This document shows positions 35,839-46,288 of a stretch of 64,000 bases of DNA, piece by piece; the stretch's first letter is position 1; the number at the start of each line of letters is the position of its first letter. The translations under genes and the position numbers were made by a program. The notes under the pieces were generated by a model. That model ran no database searches. It saw only the letters and a list, made by a program, of their open reading frames with translations, and was not told where the DNA came from. The DNA comes from Parcubacteria bacterium C7867-007 (GTDB lineage Bacteria > Patescibacteriota > Minisyncoccia > Phycocordibacterales > Phycocordibacteraceae). Location: the NCBI GenBank assembly GCA_001189195.1, contig LFCQ01000002.1:68997-132996 (forward strand), written 5' to 3'.

Positions 35839-37137
35839 ATGGATTACTCACATATACGAAACGAAGATCTCGACCTATACAACCTCATAGAAGGGGAGGA
35901 GAAACGTCAGCGCGAAGGACTTGAACTTATCCCTTCGGAAAACTACGTATCACTCGCCGTACGCGAAGCAATGTCTTGCGCGCTCACCAACAAATACTCG
36001 GAAGGATATCCCGGCAAGCGGTACTACGGAGGTCAAGAATATACAGACCAAATAGAAACACTCGCTATAGAGCGTGCAAAGAAGATCTTTGGTGCTGATC
36101 ACGCAAACGTACAGGCTCTTAGTGGGGCTGCTGCAAATATTGGTGCATACTTCGCATGGCTTGAACCAGGAGACACAATTCTTGGTATGGATCTTGCGCA
36201 TGGAGGACACCTCACCCACGGCGCACCGGTTACGTACATGGCGAAGCTCTTCAAGTTTGTTCGCTACGGTATGAAAGATCCCGATACCGGAGAGATTGAT
36301 TACGATCAGCTTCGTGAGATCGCACTCAAAGAGAGACCAAAGATTATCCTCGGCGGATTCTCTGGATACTCTCGTTCAATAGACTGGAAAAAGATTGCTG
36401 AGATCGCACGAGAGGTGGACGCCGTAGCAATGGCTGATGTTGCACACATTGCAGGACTCATTGCAGGCGGCGTTGCAGAGAACCCGTTTGACCACGGTTT
36501 CAATATCGTTACGACCACTACACACAAAACACTGCGTGGTCCCCGTGGTGCCATGATCCTTTCAAAAGGAACCGTATCTAATCCGCTACGTGCTCCTGAA
36601 AAGACAATGGAGAATCTACCAACCCTTATCGATCGGAGCGTATTCCCTGGACTTCAAGGTGGTCCACACATGCATCAGATTGCTGCTAAAGCCGTGGCGT
36701 TCAATGAGGCGCTCCACCCTAACTTCAAGACATACGCACATCAGGTGGTATCAAACGCAAAGGCGATGGCAGAAGTCTTCAAAGAAGAAGGAGTGCGACT
36801 CATTGGTGGGGGTACAGACAATCACCTCATTCTTGCGGATGTGTATGGCTCTCTTGATATCTCGGGTGGAGACGCAGAAACACTCCTTGATGCAGCAGGC
36901 ATCACGCTCAACAAGAACTCTATTGCAGGAGATACACGCAAGCCTTTCGATCCTTCTGGTATTCGTTTTGGTACCCCTGCAATCACTACTCGCGGATTCA
37001 AAGAAGAGCAAGTTATAGAAGTGGCACGCATAATGATTGAGGTTCTCAAGAACAAAGATGATGCAACTGTAGCGAAAGCCCGTGCCTCTATAAAAGAACT
37101 TGCTGAAGCAAATCCAGTGCCTGAATCATTTATCTAA
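35839..37137 (+). CDS. glyA: Serine hydroxymethyltransferase
   Basis: LIPSENY, NKYSEGYPGKRYYGG, TTTTHKTLRGPRG, GIRFGTPA. Confidence 0.97.
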   Translation: MDYSHIRNEDLDLYNLIEGEEKRQREGLELIPSENYVSLAVREAMSCALTNKYSEGYPGKRYYGGQEYTDQIETLAIERAKKIFGADHANVQALSGAAANIGAYFAWLEPGDTILGMDLAHGGHLTHGAPVTYMAKLFKFVRYGMKDPDTGEIDYDQLREIALKERPKIILGGFSGYSRSIDWKKIAEIAREVDAVAMADVAHIAGLIAGGVAENPFDHGFNIVTTTTHKTLRGPRGAMILSKGTVSNPLRAPEKTMENLPTLIDRSVFPGLQGGPHMHQIAAKAVAFNEALHPNFKTYAHQVVSNAKAMAEVFKEEGVRLIGGGTDNHLILADVYGSLDISGGDAETLLDAAGITLNKNSIAGDTRKPFDPSGIRFGTPAITTRGFKEEQVIEVARIMIEVLKNKDDATVAKARASIKELAEANPVPESFI

Positions 37138-37138
37138 C

Positions 37139-37426
37139 ATGAAAGAGATGCACGATGAGGTGGTAGAGCAGATGCTTGAACGCATTGGTAATGCGCTTGG
37201 GCAGATACAGAAATACCGCGCGTCTCATTTAGATAATCCTCGTCTTGAAGACATCCTCACGCAGCTTGAACGCGTTGAACAGGTGATTGAAGAGAAAGGA
37301 AGACTCGAATACCGAGAGAAACTAGACCTAGACTTCCACCTTATTGAAGATACTCCTCTTGAGGGCAACTCTCATCTTGGGCGTGAGTTATATAGCATCA
37401 AGAATTTCACGGAACACAACCTATAA
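37139..37426 (+). CDS. Hypothetical protein
   Basis: ORF starts 1 nt after the glyA stop. Confidence 0.6.
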   Translation: MKEMHDEVVEQMLERIGNALGQIQKYRASHLDNPRLEDILTQLERVEQVIEEKGRLEYREKLDLDFHLIEDTPLEGNSHLGRELYSIKNFTEHNL

Positions 37427-37460
37427 GGTATTCCGGTGCTGATTCTGCTATAGTCGCACT

Positions 37461-39137
37461 ATGGAAGACCGGATCCGCCACGCGGTACAGAAATCACTCG
37501 AACAACTTGGCGCAACTGGCGTTACGTTTGCAGTGGAGTGGCCAGCAGACCCGGCACACGGAGACTTTGCCGTGAATGCAGGTTTTGCAGCAAGCAAGGT
37601 GCTTGGAAAGAATCCCCGTGATATCGCAGAGATCATCGTACCAGTACTAGAAAAAGCACTGGGAGATGATGCGACGTGTATTGAAGTGGCGGGTGCTGGA
37701 TTCATTAACATCACTCTGTCACCAGCAGCTATTTCAAATCTCCTCACCGAAGCAAAAGGTGATACATGGGGAGTTGGTACGGCACATGCAGGTGAACGAA
37801 TAATGATTGAGTATTCAAACCCCAATCCTTTCAAAGAGATGCATATCGGCCATCTTATGAGCACTATCATTGGCGAAGCAACATCTCGTTTAATGGAATC
37901 ATCTGGTGCTAACGTAGTACGCGATACGTACGGAGGCGATGTTGGTCCACACGTAGCAAAGGCTATCTGGGGACTACGTGATAAGGGTGTGGCTGAAACA
38001 CCAACCACAGAAGATATTGGTACTGCATACGCACACGGCTCACGTGCATATGAAGAAAGCGAAACAGCAAAGAAGGAAATCGAAACACTAAATGCGGAGA
38101 TCTACGCAATGCTTGCAAAGGACCCCGCCAAACACGATGCGGAAGAGCGCTCTCTCCATGAGACTTGGGTTCGTGGAAGGGAAGTATCAGTGACGGCGTA
38201 CCGCCAACTCTGGGATCGACTCGGTTCACACTTTGACTACACTATCTTCGAAAGTGATACCACCCCTATCGGTATGCGTATTGTGCAGGATGAAATTAAG
38301 AACAATGTCTTTGAAGAAAGTGAAGGTGCCGTTATTTATCGTGGAGAGAAAGTTGGACTACACACACTCGTATTCATCACTTCATACGGAACCCCTACAT
38401 ACGAGACTAAAGACATTGGTCTCGCATTCTGGAAAGAGGAGCATGCACCAACGGATAAAGTATTCATCCTCACCGCAATGGAGCAGGTGGGGCACTTCAA
38501 GATTGTTATCGCTGCACTCAATGAGTTTGCTCCACAGCTCGCCAGCAAGATGCAACACATTTCACACGGCCTCCTCAGACTCGCCAGTGGAAAGATGTCT
38601 TCTCGAGAAGGAAATGTCATCACAGCAGACGGCCTGATCCGTGAGGTGATCGAAAGAGCTAGTGAAAAGAATGAAGACCCGCTTGTCGCTGAGCAGGTAG
38701 CACTTGGTGCTATTAAATATATGATCCTTCGCCAAGCACCCGGTGGAGATATCATCTTTGATATGGAGAAGTCTCTTTCTCTTGAAGGAGATTCTGGACC
38801 GTATCTGCAGTACGCACTTGTACGCGCAACGTCAATTCTCTCTGCGTCACAAGTACCACCTGCAGAAACGACATCTTTTGAAAGCGAAGCACCGCTTCTC
38901 GCACGTTTGATCACTCGATTCCCAGAGATCGTTGCACGAGCAGAAGAACTCCGTGGCCCACACATTCTTGTTACATACCTCACCCAACTAGCAGGGGAGT
39001 GGAACTCCTTCTATGCAACGGGAAAGATCATTGGAAGTGAGAACGAAGCAAGCACTCTTGCTCTCGTACAAGCATTCGTAACAACGATGCGTAACGGACT
39101 TGGTATTCTTGCAATCCCCGTACCGGAGAAGATGTAG
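37461..39137 (+). CDS. argS: Arginine--tRNA ligase
   Basis: EYSNPNPFKEMHIGH, GKMSSREG, GDSGPYLQYA, VPEKM. Confidence 0.95.
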   Translation: MEDRIRHAVQKSLEQLGATGVTFAVEWPADPAHGDFAVNAGFAASKVLGKNPRDIAEIIVPVLEKALGDDATCIEVAGAGFINITLSPAAISNLLTEAKGDTWGVGTAHAGERIMIEYSNPNPFKEMHIGHLMSTIIGEATSRLMESSGANVVRDTYGGDVGPHVAKAIWGLRDKGVAETPTTEDIGTAYAHGSRAYEESETAKKEIETLNAEIYAMLAKDPAKHDAEERSLHETWVRGREVSVTAYRQLWDRLGSHFDYTIFESDTTPIGMRIVQDEIKNNVFEESEGAVIYRGEKVGLHTLVFITSYGTPTYETKDIGLAFWKEEHAPTDKVFILTAMEQVGHFKIVIAALNEFAPQLASKMQHISHGLLRLASGKMSSREGNVITADGLIREVIERASEKNEDPLVAEQVALGAIKYMILRQAPGGDIIFDMEKSLSLEGDSGPYLQYALVRATSILSASQVPPAETTSFESEAPLLARLITRFPEIVARAEELRGPHILVTYLTQLAGEWNSFYATGKIIGSENEASTLALVQAFVTTMRNGLGILAIPVPEKM

Positions 39138-39214
39138 GTTGCGAAAGCGCACTAAAGACGATAGGGTAGGCAACAGATTGTTCGTGGTGAACATTCTGTT
39201 CGTCGGGAGGTTTC

Positions 39215-39535
39215 ATGCCGAAAAGTAATGGGGAAAAGCCGCTGGATGACAATAACCTGACGGCTGGACACTTGAACTATCGGAATGCGAGGGCGTTTCT
39301 CGCCCTTTCGCACGAAGATATGTACGAGCTGGCTCGCCAGTGGTATGCCACTCATCTGACGGTGGACCAAGCGCGCGCCGACTGCCGTGAGATGCACGCC
39401 GGCATCGCGTCGGGCGCGTTCGCAATGCCGGACTATGTCAAGGTGCTCGTGGACAAGGCTCGTGAGCAGAGCAGCAATGCGCGCGTCTTCTTCAAGCTCG
39501 AGACCGCGGTGAACCGCGAACTCCTGGCGGCCTAA
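39215..39535 (+). CDS. Hypothetical protein, GC-rich coding
   Basis: GGGAGG SD; terminator about 39557-39600. Confidence 0.65.
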   Translation: MPKSNGEKPLDDNNLTAGHLNYRNARAFLALSHEDMYELARQWYATHLTVDQARADCREMHAGIASGAFAMPDYVKVLVDKAREQSSNARVFFKLETAVNRELLAA

Positions 39536-39627
39536 CGAGGTTCGCCGACAAACGAAACAGATGGCCCGGCCGCGTAAGCGACCGGGCTGTTTCCTTTTTA
39601 TGATACGAGCGATAGGATAAGTAAATC

Positions 39628-42600
39628 ATGGCGGAAATGGAGAACGATGAAAAGAAGGTGTCTGAAGTAGCTGCTCGTGAAGAGGAAATCCTTGCGTACT
39701 GGAATGAGCAAAAGACTTTCAAGGCATCACTTGAGAAGCCATCACCAAGTGGTGAATATGTTTTCTATGATGGTCCTCCATTTGCAACAGGTCTCCCACA
39801 CCACGGCCACATTCTTGCCGGTACCATAAAGGATGCAATACCGCGTTATAAGACGATGCGTGGATTCCATGTACGCCGACGTTGGGGTTGGGACTCACAT
39901 GGTCTTCCTCTGGAGAACATCATTGAGAAAGAACTCGGTATAAAGACGAAGCGAGACATCGAAGAGATGGGTGTGTCTGTATTTAATGAAGCGGCACGTA
40001 GCGCGGTGCTTCGTTATGCCGATGAGTGGAAGCGCATCGTTCCCCGTATTGGACGCTGGGTGGACATGGAGGATGACTACAAAACCATGGACACTACATA
40101 CACAGAGTCGGTATGGTGGGCATTCAAGAAACTCTTTGATAAGGATCTTATAGAAGAAGGATTCAAGGTGATGCAGCTTTGTCCACGTTGTGGCACAACA
40201 CTTTCAAACTTTGAAGTGAGTCAGGGATACAAAGACATTAAAGATATAACTGCATATGCGAAGTTCGAGCTCGAAGATGAACCTGAGACCTACCTTCTTG
40301 CGTGGACCACAACGCCCTGGACTCTTCCAGGAAACATCGCGCTCGCGCTCGGTACTCAGATTGAATACGTAAAGGTTGAGAAGGGTGGCGCGCAGTACAT
40401 TCTTGCGAAGCCACTCGTTGAAAAAGTATTTGGTGAAGATCACGGAGAGGTAACCCCTGTTACTAAATCTGAGATCCTTGGACGGGTATATAAACCTGTC
40501 TTCCCAGGCGTTATGGATGCGCTTGCAGAAGGAAAGGAACGAGACAAGCTAGGTGCTGCATTCCGTGTGTATGAAGCAGACTTTGTAACGGCAGAAGATG
40601 GAACGGGTATCGTACATATTGCACCGGCATTTGGTGAAGATGATCTCAATCTCTCACGTGCACACGGGTTGCCAATTGTGCATCACGTAGATCGTGATGG
40701 TCGAATGATGAGTGCAGTGCCTGTGGTTGCAGGAAAGCTTGCAAAGCCTAAGGGGCAGTGGTGGGAGACCGATGCCCTCATTGTTGAATACCTTGGAGAG
40801 AAACTCTTTAAGACTGAAGAAAAAGTACACAGCTACCCACACTGTTGGCGCTGTGACACTCCACTCCTTAACTACGCATCAAGTTCGTGGTTCGTTCGTG
40901 TGCCAACTTTCAAGGACAAACTTGTTGCAGAGAACGATAAAGTTAAATGGGTGCCAGAAGCAATTGGAAAGAACCGTTTCGGTGACTGGCTAAACAATGC
41001 ACGAGACTGGGCAATTTCACGTAGTCGCTATTGGGGTGCACCTATTCCGGTATGGAAAAACGAGAAGACGGGAGCGCTCCGTGTGTTTGGTTCAGTCGAT
41101 GACATGAAGGGTCACGCAAAGAAAAGCGGTAACCGGTACTTCGTTATGCGTCATGCGGAAGGTGAACATAATATAAAAGGTATTGCTGCAAAGGGTGATG
41201 AGACCTTCCGTGCATCTCTAACAGAGACTGGTCGTGGACAAGCAGAAAAGAATGCATCAGCACTCATGCATGCAAACGTAACGCGCATCATTGCTTCACC
41301 GCTCACGCGTGGATGTGAAACCGCAGTGATTGTAAAAGAAACACTCGGGCTACAGGGTATTGAGATCATCCAAGACGAACGACTCCGTGAGTTTGATTTT
41401 GGAGAACTAGACGGCAAACCGATAGGGGAGTTTGTGAGATGGCGTGAGGTTAATACGTATGCGGACCGTATTCCCGGAGGCGAAAGCTATCAAGATGTTA
41501 AGAACCGTCTTGGTGCATTTCTCTACGATCTTGAACGTACGTATCAGAATGAAACAATTCTCATCGTTACGCACGGCGTAGGTATTGAAACAATCAATGC
41601 CGTTGCACAAGGAATAGATGCAGACGCGTCCAAGAAACTATCCGCAGAGATGGTGCCCTTGTATGCAACACCTATTGAACTGGATTTCACTCCGCTGCCA
41701 CACAACACAAACTATGAACTCGATCTCCATCGTCCATACATAGATGAGTATGCGCTCATAGATACTGATGGTGCTGCACTGCATCGTGTTGCTGATGTCT
41801 TCGACTGCTGGTTTGAGTCTGGTTCAATGTCTTATGCACAGGACCACTATCCATTTGAGAAAGATAATTTTAATCCTGAAAGTGGATTCCTTAAGAAATC
41901 AAAAGGATATCCTGCAGACTTTATTGCAGAGGGATTGGACCAGACACGTGGCTGGTTCTACTCAATGATTGTTCTTGGTACCGCGCTTTTTGGACATTCG
42001 CCGTACAAGCACGTGATCGTTAACGGACTGATTCTTGCGGAAGATGGAAGGAAGATGTCTAAGAGCCTGAAGAACTACCCAGAACCTATGGATGTGGTGG
42101 CTAAATATGGTGCAGATGCACTTCGTCTCTATCTCCTCTCCTCACCACTGATGCGCTCAGAAGACCTCCGATTCTCAGAGAAGGGAGTGGCGGATGTGGG
42201 TAACAAAATAATTGGACGCCTACACAATACTCTCGTGTTCTATCAGACGTATGCAATGAACGATGTGCCGGAAAGTGTTTCAAGTAATCATGTTCTTGAT
42301 CGATGGATCACTGCACGCCTTAAGGAGGTACGTGATGAAGTAACAAACGGACTTGAGTCGTATGAACTTGATCGTGCAGCACGCCCACTCGCGCTACTGG
42401 TTGATGATTTATCAACATGGTATTTGCGCCGCTCACGTGACCGCGTAAAAGATTCGGTTGAGGCTGCAGCGACCCTTCGTTCAGTACTGCGTACTTCTGC
42501 ACTACTCTTCGCACCGTTCGCACCGTTTTATGCAGAATATCTATGGAGTAAGATTCGTTTTGCTAAAGACCCTGAAAGCGTGCACCTTGCAGACTGGCCA

Positions 42601-43089
42601 GAAATGAAGGGCAAAGACGAGAAGGTGCTTCTAGAGGATATGGTACTTGTTCGTGAACTTGCCTCAGAAGCACTTAAACTTCGTCAGCAGGCTGGCATTG
42701 TTGTGCGTCAGCCACTGGCATCACTGAGTGCACCAACCATACCGCGCACCGCAGAGCTTATTGAGATTCTGAAGGAAGAGGTAAACGTTAAGGGTGTTCT
42801 AAAGAGGGAGGGAGAGATGTCTCTTGATACCGAGCTTACTGATGAACTAAAACGTGAAGGTGATGTACGTGCCTTTATGCGTGCACTTGCTGATGCACGC
42901 AAGGACATGAATCTATCACCAAAAGATGTGGTGCGAGTTGTTGCTGACCATGCCGCAAAAGATATGCTCACCGGTCTCAGCATTGCAGGACTTGCTGAGC
43001 TTTCATTCAGTGATTCAGTTGAAGGACCCTATACTGCCGAACTTTCTTCCACGGAGATAGGATTCACCGTTACACTCGATGCGGCATAA
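39628..43089 (+). CDS. ileS: Isoleucine--tRNA ligase with an inserted histidine-phosphatase domain
   Basis: DGPPFATGLPHHGH, DWAISRSRYWG, insert MRHAEGEHN..SPLTR..LREFDFG..VTHG, GLDQTRGWF, KMSKS. Confidence 0.95.
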   Translation: MAEMENDEKKVSEVAAREEEILAYWNEQKTFKASLEKPSPSGEYVFYDGPPFATGLPHHGHILAGTIKDAIPRYKTMRGFHVRRRWGWDSHGLPLENIIEKELGIKTKRDIEEMGVSVFNEAARSAVLRYADEWKRIVPRIGRWVDMEDDYKTMDTTYTESVWWAFKKLFDKDLIEEGFKVMQLCPRCGTTLSNFEVSQGYKDIKDITAYAKFELEDEPETYLLAWTTTPWTLPGNIALALGTQIEYVKVEKGGAQYILAKPLVEKVFGEDHGEVTPVTKSEILGRVYKPVFPGVMDALAEGKERDKLGAAFRVYEADFVTAEDGTGIVHIAPAFGEDDLNLSRAHGLPIVHHVDRDGRMMSAVPVVAGKLAKPKGQWWETDALIVEYLGEKLFKTEEKVHSYPHCWRCDTPLLNYASSSWFVRVPTFKDKLVAENDKVKWVPEAIGKNRFGDWLNNARDWAISRSRYWGAPIPVWKNEKTGALRVFGSVDDMKGHAKKSGNRYFVMRHAEGEHNIKGIAAKGDETFRASLTETGRGQAEKNASALMHANVTRIIASPLTRGCETAVIVKETLGLQGIEIIQDERLREFDFGELDGKPIGEFVRWREVNTYADRIPGGESYQDVKNRLGAFLYDLERTYQNETILIVTHGVGIETINAVAQGIDADASKKLSAEMVPLYATPIELDFTPLPHNTNYELDLHRPYIDEYALIDTDGAALHRVADVFDCWFESGSMSYAQDHYPFEKDNFNPESGFLKKSKGYPADFIAEGLDQTRGWFYSMIVLGTALFGHSPYKHVIVNGLILAEDGRKMSKSLKNYPEPMDVVAKYGADALRLYLLSSPLMRSEDLRFSEKGVADVGNKIIGRLHNTLVFYQTYAMNDVPESVSSNHVLDRWITARLKEVRDEVTNGLESYELDRAARPLALLVDDLSTWYLRRSRDRVKDSVEAAATLRSVLRTSALLFAPFAPFYAEYLWSKIRFAKDPESVHLADWPEMKGKDEKVLLEDMVLVRELASEALKLRQQAGIVVRQPLASLSAPTIPRTAELIEILKEEVNVKGVLKREGEMSLDTELTDELKREGDVRAFMRALADARKDMNLSPKDVVRVVADHAAKDMLTGLSIAGLAELSFSDSVEGPYTAELSSTEIGFTVTLDAA

Positions 43090-43648
43090 ATACACCACGG
43101 CAGCTGTTACCTTGGCACGCACTCCACTTTCGGAAGCGAGTTCACTGGTAACACTTCTCACGGCAGACTTCGGGGTGCTGCGTGCACGTAGCCAAGGACT
43201 GCGTAAACCAGGGGCAAAAATGAGTGCAGGTCTTCAAACACTAGCAGAGTCTGATGTAACGCTTTTAAAGGGGAAGGAGGGGTGGAGACTTGCTGGTTCA
43301 GTGCTTGCCAGAGATTGGGCACATGTATTGCCAAGCAAAGCACGCACTCGTGCCGGGCGTGTTGCAGAGCTTATGCTTCGTTTCGTGCATGGAGAGGCCG
43401 CAGACCCAACGCTTTTCACTATCTATACGAATTTCATAACAGTACTCCCATCTCTTAATGAAGAAGATCAGGACGCTGCAGAATGTCTCGCAGTTTTACG
43501 TATACTTCGTACTCTTGGGCTAGATGCAGGGGTGATTCCTGGGGAAGGGGATGAAGACTACACCGATATTGCACGCAGTGCTGTACGTGATGATCGTGCC
43601 GCGATAATCTCCCGTATTAATCGAGGTATTAGTGCATCTGGTTTATAA
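43079..43648 (+). CDS. recO: DNA repair protein RecO (short form)
   Basis: EASSLVTLLTADFG...A.SQGLRK..AKM N-terminal OB motif. Confidence 0.8.
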   Translation: MRHKYTTAAVTLARTPLSEASSLVTLLTADFGVLRARSQGLRKPGAKMSAGLQTLAESDVTLLKGKEGWRLAGSVLARDWAHVLPSKARTRAGRVAELMLRFVHGEAADPTLFTIYTNFITVLPSLNEEDQDAAECLAVLRILRTLGLDAGVIPGEGDEDYTDIARSAVRDDRAAIISRINRGISASGL

Positions 43649-43686
43649 GAAAGAGGCGGGTCACGTGACCCGCCTCTCTTGGCTGC

Positions 43687-44349
43687 TTATTCATCTCTTA
43701 GCAGTTGTGTTTGCACCTGTGCTAACACTGAGGAAATGTGCGCAGTCTTCATCCGCCCTTTCCCTTCAATGGAGATGCCTAGAGTCTTCCCCATCTGACT
43801 GATCACAGTTCTGACACGGGGATCAGTGATATTGAGAGAATGACAGATGCCTCGCACATCCTCGCCCTGGTGTAGGAGTTCAAGTATGCGACGCATCAAA
43901 GGAGTAAATGCAACCTGGGCCGTGCGGGCATACTTCTTTATCAGCTCGTTCTCCCCACCAACATTCTGCTCCTCTTCGGGGCCGGGCACTTCCGCATGGA
44001 TAGATCGAACTGCGATCCTGATGCGCGCAGGACTCAGTTCAGTCGAAGGCCGTATAGCCGAGGAGCCGTGTTGTACATGCCATGCGCACAGACCTGACTT
44101 AGGATCTATGTCGCGAATATCGTCTGCCGTGACATGTTGTATGGTGCACGCGATGCAGATTCTCCACGGGCACGCACACCCTGAACAGTTTCTGCTTCGT
44201 TGCGGACTGGCATTGATTTGTGTGCAGAGCGTGTAACCAATGGTGCTGCCACCAGTTGCCCTACATGCAAACAAGCCGGCTACTTGAGATTGGGGCGGCC
44301 ATGTTTCCGCCGGATACATTGTGCCTGCCATAGTCACCTCCATAGGCAT
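43687..44349 (-). CDS. Hypothetical protein with Cys-rich N-terminus and C-terminal LuxR-like HTH
   Basis: CSGC, CIAC, LCAWH; FTPLMRRILELLHQG..ICHSLNIT..VRTVISQMGKTLG. Confidence 0.6.
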   Translation of the reverse strand: MPMEVTMAGTMYPAETWPPQSQVAGLFACRATGGSTIGYTLCTQINASPQRSRNCSGCACPWRICIACTIQHVTADDIRDIDPKSGLCAWHVQHGSSAIRPSTELSPARIRIAVRSIHAEVPGPEEEQNVGGENELIKKYARTAQVAFTPLMRRILELLHQGEDVRGICHSLNITDPRVRTVISQMGKTLGISIEGKGRMKTAHISSVLAQVQTQLLRDE

Positions 44350-44422
44350 CTGGGTTCATCTACGGGCATTATGCATGTCTTCGCTTATTACTCAACATAT
44401 ACACGCACGGTATACTCTTTCT

Positions 44423-46285
44423 ATGGCATCGAACGGGGGACACCCATTGGAAACACTACGTGCACGCTTGTATGCCCCAAAGCCGGTAGGGACGGTTACA
44501 CCCAATACTCTTTCACAAGAACGTGCACCGGTGACTACTGCGTGGGCACCACCTCCACCTCCGATTATTAAACCTCCCCGTAAAAAGCTTCCACCATCAC
44601 TATGGTTCTTGATTGCTGCAGGGGGGTTCTTTCTAATTGCTGGCATTGTTGCGGCTCTCTTTCTGGTATTTGGGGGCCGTTCTGTATCTGTTGAACATGT
44701 AACTATCGAAGTTCCTGGTCAAACAACGATTGCTAGTGGTGATACGGTACCCATACTTATATCGGTTAAAAATGATAACCCTGTCGCAATGCTGAATGCG
44801 ACTATCACGGTAGATCTTCCTGAAGGAACACGTGATGCAAGTGACCCAAATAAAGCATTGGACCAGTTCTCAGACTCACTTGGTGACATTGCTCCAGACA
44901 CGCGTGCAGAACGTACCGTCAATGCAATACTTTTTGGCGCTGAAAATCAGATACTAACCATTCCGATTCGTGTTGAGTATCGAACCCTTGGATCAAATGC
45001 GGTATCTGTTAAGGAAGTAAAATACTTTGTAACGGTAACGACCTCTCCTGTTTCAGTAACCGTACAGAGCATGAAGGAGGTAGAGAGTGGGGGACCTGTA
45101 ACCATACGTGTTGCGGTACGCTCAAATGCCACCACTCCACTAAAGAACATTGCACTGCTCGGTACGTATTCTCCAGGATTCATACCAATTAGTGCGACAC
45201 CGGCCGCAACAAGTGGTTCTTATTTTGTTCTCGGTGAACTAGCTCCAGGACAAGAGAAAATCATTACCGTAACAGGAACATTAACAGGTACTCAGGGTGA
45301 TGATCGTGTATTCACGTTCACGGTAGGTACGGCGAAGGACGATGGTACATCAGCACTCGGTATTTCCTATATGAGCAACCAGGTTGCGGTAGCTATAGCA
45401 AAGCCCTTCCTTGGCGTAACAGTTTCACTTAATCGTGAGAACGGGGATGTCGTTACTGTTCCTTCAGGACAGTCTGTGCAGGGAAATGTGTCATGGAAGA
45501 ATAGCCTCACCGCTCCGGTTGCAAACGCTCAGATATATGTAAAGTTTTCGGGTAATGCGTTTGATCCTGCAACGGTTGTTGCGGGAACAGGTTACTACCG
45601 TTCAAATGATTCAACCATTGTCTTTGATAAAAGCTCCAACCCTGGCCTAGCACTATTGCAACCCAATGATACAGGTGCGGGTACATTCACTTTTAAGCCA
45701 AAACAAGGAGTACGTAATCCTTCAGTGGATCTAACCATTACAATTATTGGAACACGGGCTGGAACAGGAGGAGGTGCACTTACTTCAAAACTTACCCGCA
45801 CACTCAAGATTGGTACCGGAATCGCACTTTCCTCAAAGATTCTCCACACAGGTGGCGGGATTACTAATACAGGCCCGGTACCTCCTATAGCCAATCAGGA
45901 AACTACCTATACCATACAGCTTACGGCTCAGAATTCCTTAAATGGTGTGGGGGGCGCCATTAGTACTACTGTGCTGCCTGCCTACGTACGCTACACCGGG
46001 GTTACCAGTGCAGGAGAAACATCAATAACGTATGATGAGTCCACCCGTACGGTTTCTTGGAATATTGGTGAACTAACTCCTGACGACGCTAAGACCGCAT
46101 CCTTCCAGGTTGCCGTCTTGCCAAGCATTGCTCAGAAGGGTACAAGTCCTATAGTGATTCCAACGCAAACCCTAACTGGAACAGACCGATTTACGCAGCA
46201 GCTCGTTACCGCATCAGCAAGTGCACTCACCATACAGACACCGGGTGATGCAGGATACATCCCTGATAAGGGTATTGTGAAATAA
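44423..46285 (+). CDS. Membrane-anchored protein with repeated Ig-like beta domains (DUF11-like)
   Basis: Single TM followed by a T/S/V-rich beta region, VSWNIGEL. Confidence 0.75.
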   Translation: MASNGGHPLETLRARLYAPKPVGTVTPNTLSQERAPVTTAWAPPPPPIIKPPRKKLPPSLWFLIAAGGFFLIAGIVAALFLVFGGRSVSVEHVTIEVPGQTTIASGDTVPILISVKNDNPVAMLNATITVDLPEGTRDASDPNKALDQFSDSLGDIAPDTRAERTVNAILFGAENQILTIPIRVEYRTLGSNAVSVKEVKYFVTVTTSPVSVTVQSMKEVESGGPVTIRVAVRSNATTPLKNIALLGTYSPGFIPISATPAATSGSYFVLGELAPGQEKIITVTGTLTGTQGDDRVFTFTVGTAKDDGTSALGISYMSNQVAVAIAKPFLGVTVSLNRENGDVVTVPSGQSVQGNVSWKNSLTAPVANAQIYVKFSGNAFDPATVVAGTGYYRSNDSTIVFDKSSNPGLALLQPNDTGAGTFTFKPKQGVRNPSVDLTITIIGTRAGTGGGALTSKLTRTLKIGTGIALSSKILHTGGGITNTGPVPPIANQETTYTIQLTAQNSLNGVGGAISTTVLPAYVRYTGVTSAGETSITYDESTRTVSWNIGELTPDDAKTASFQVAVLPSIAQKGTSPIVIPTQTLTGTDRFTQQLVTASASALTIQTPGDAGYIPDKGIVK

Positions 46286-46288
46286 CTT

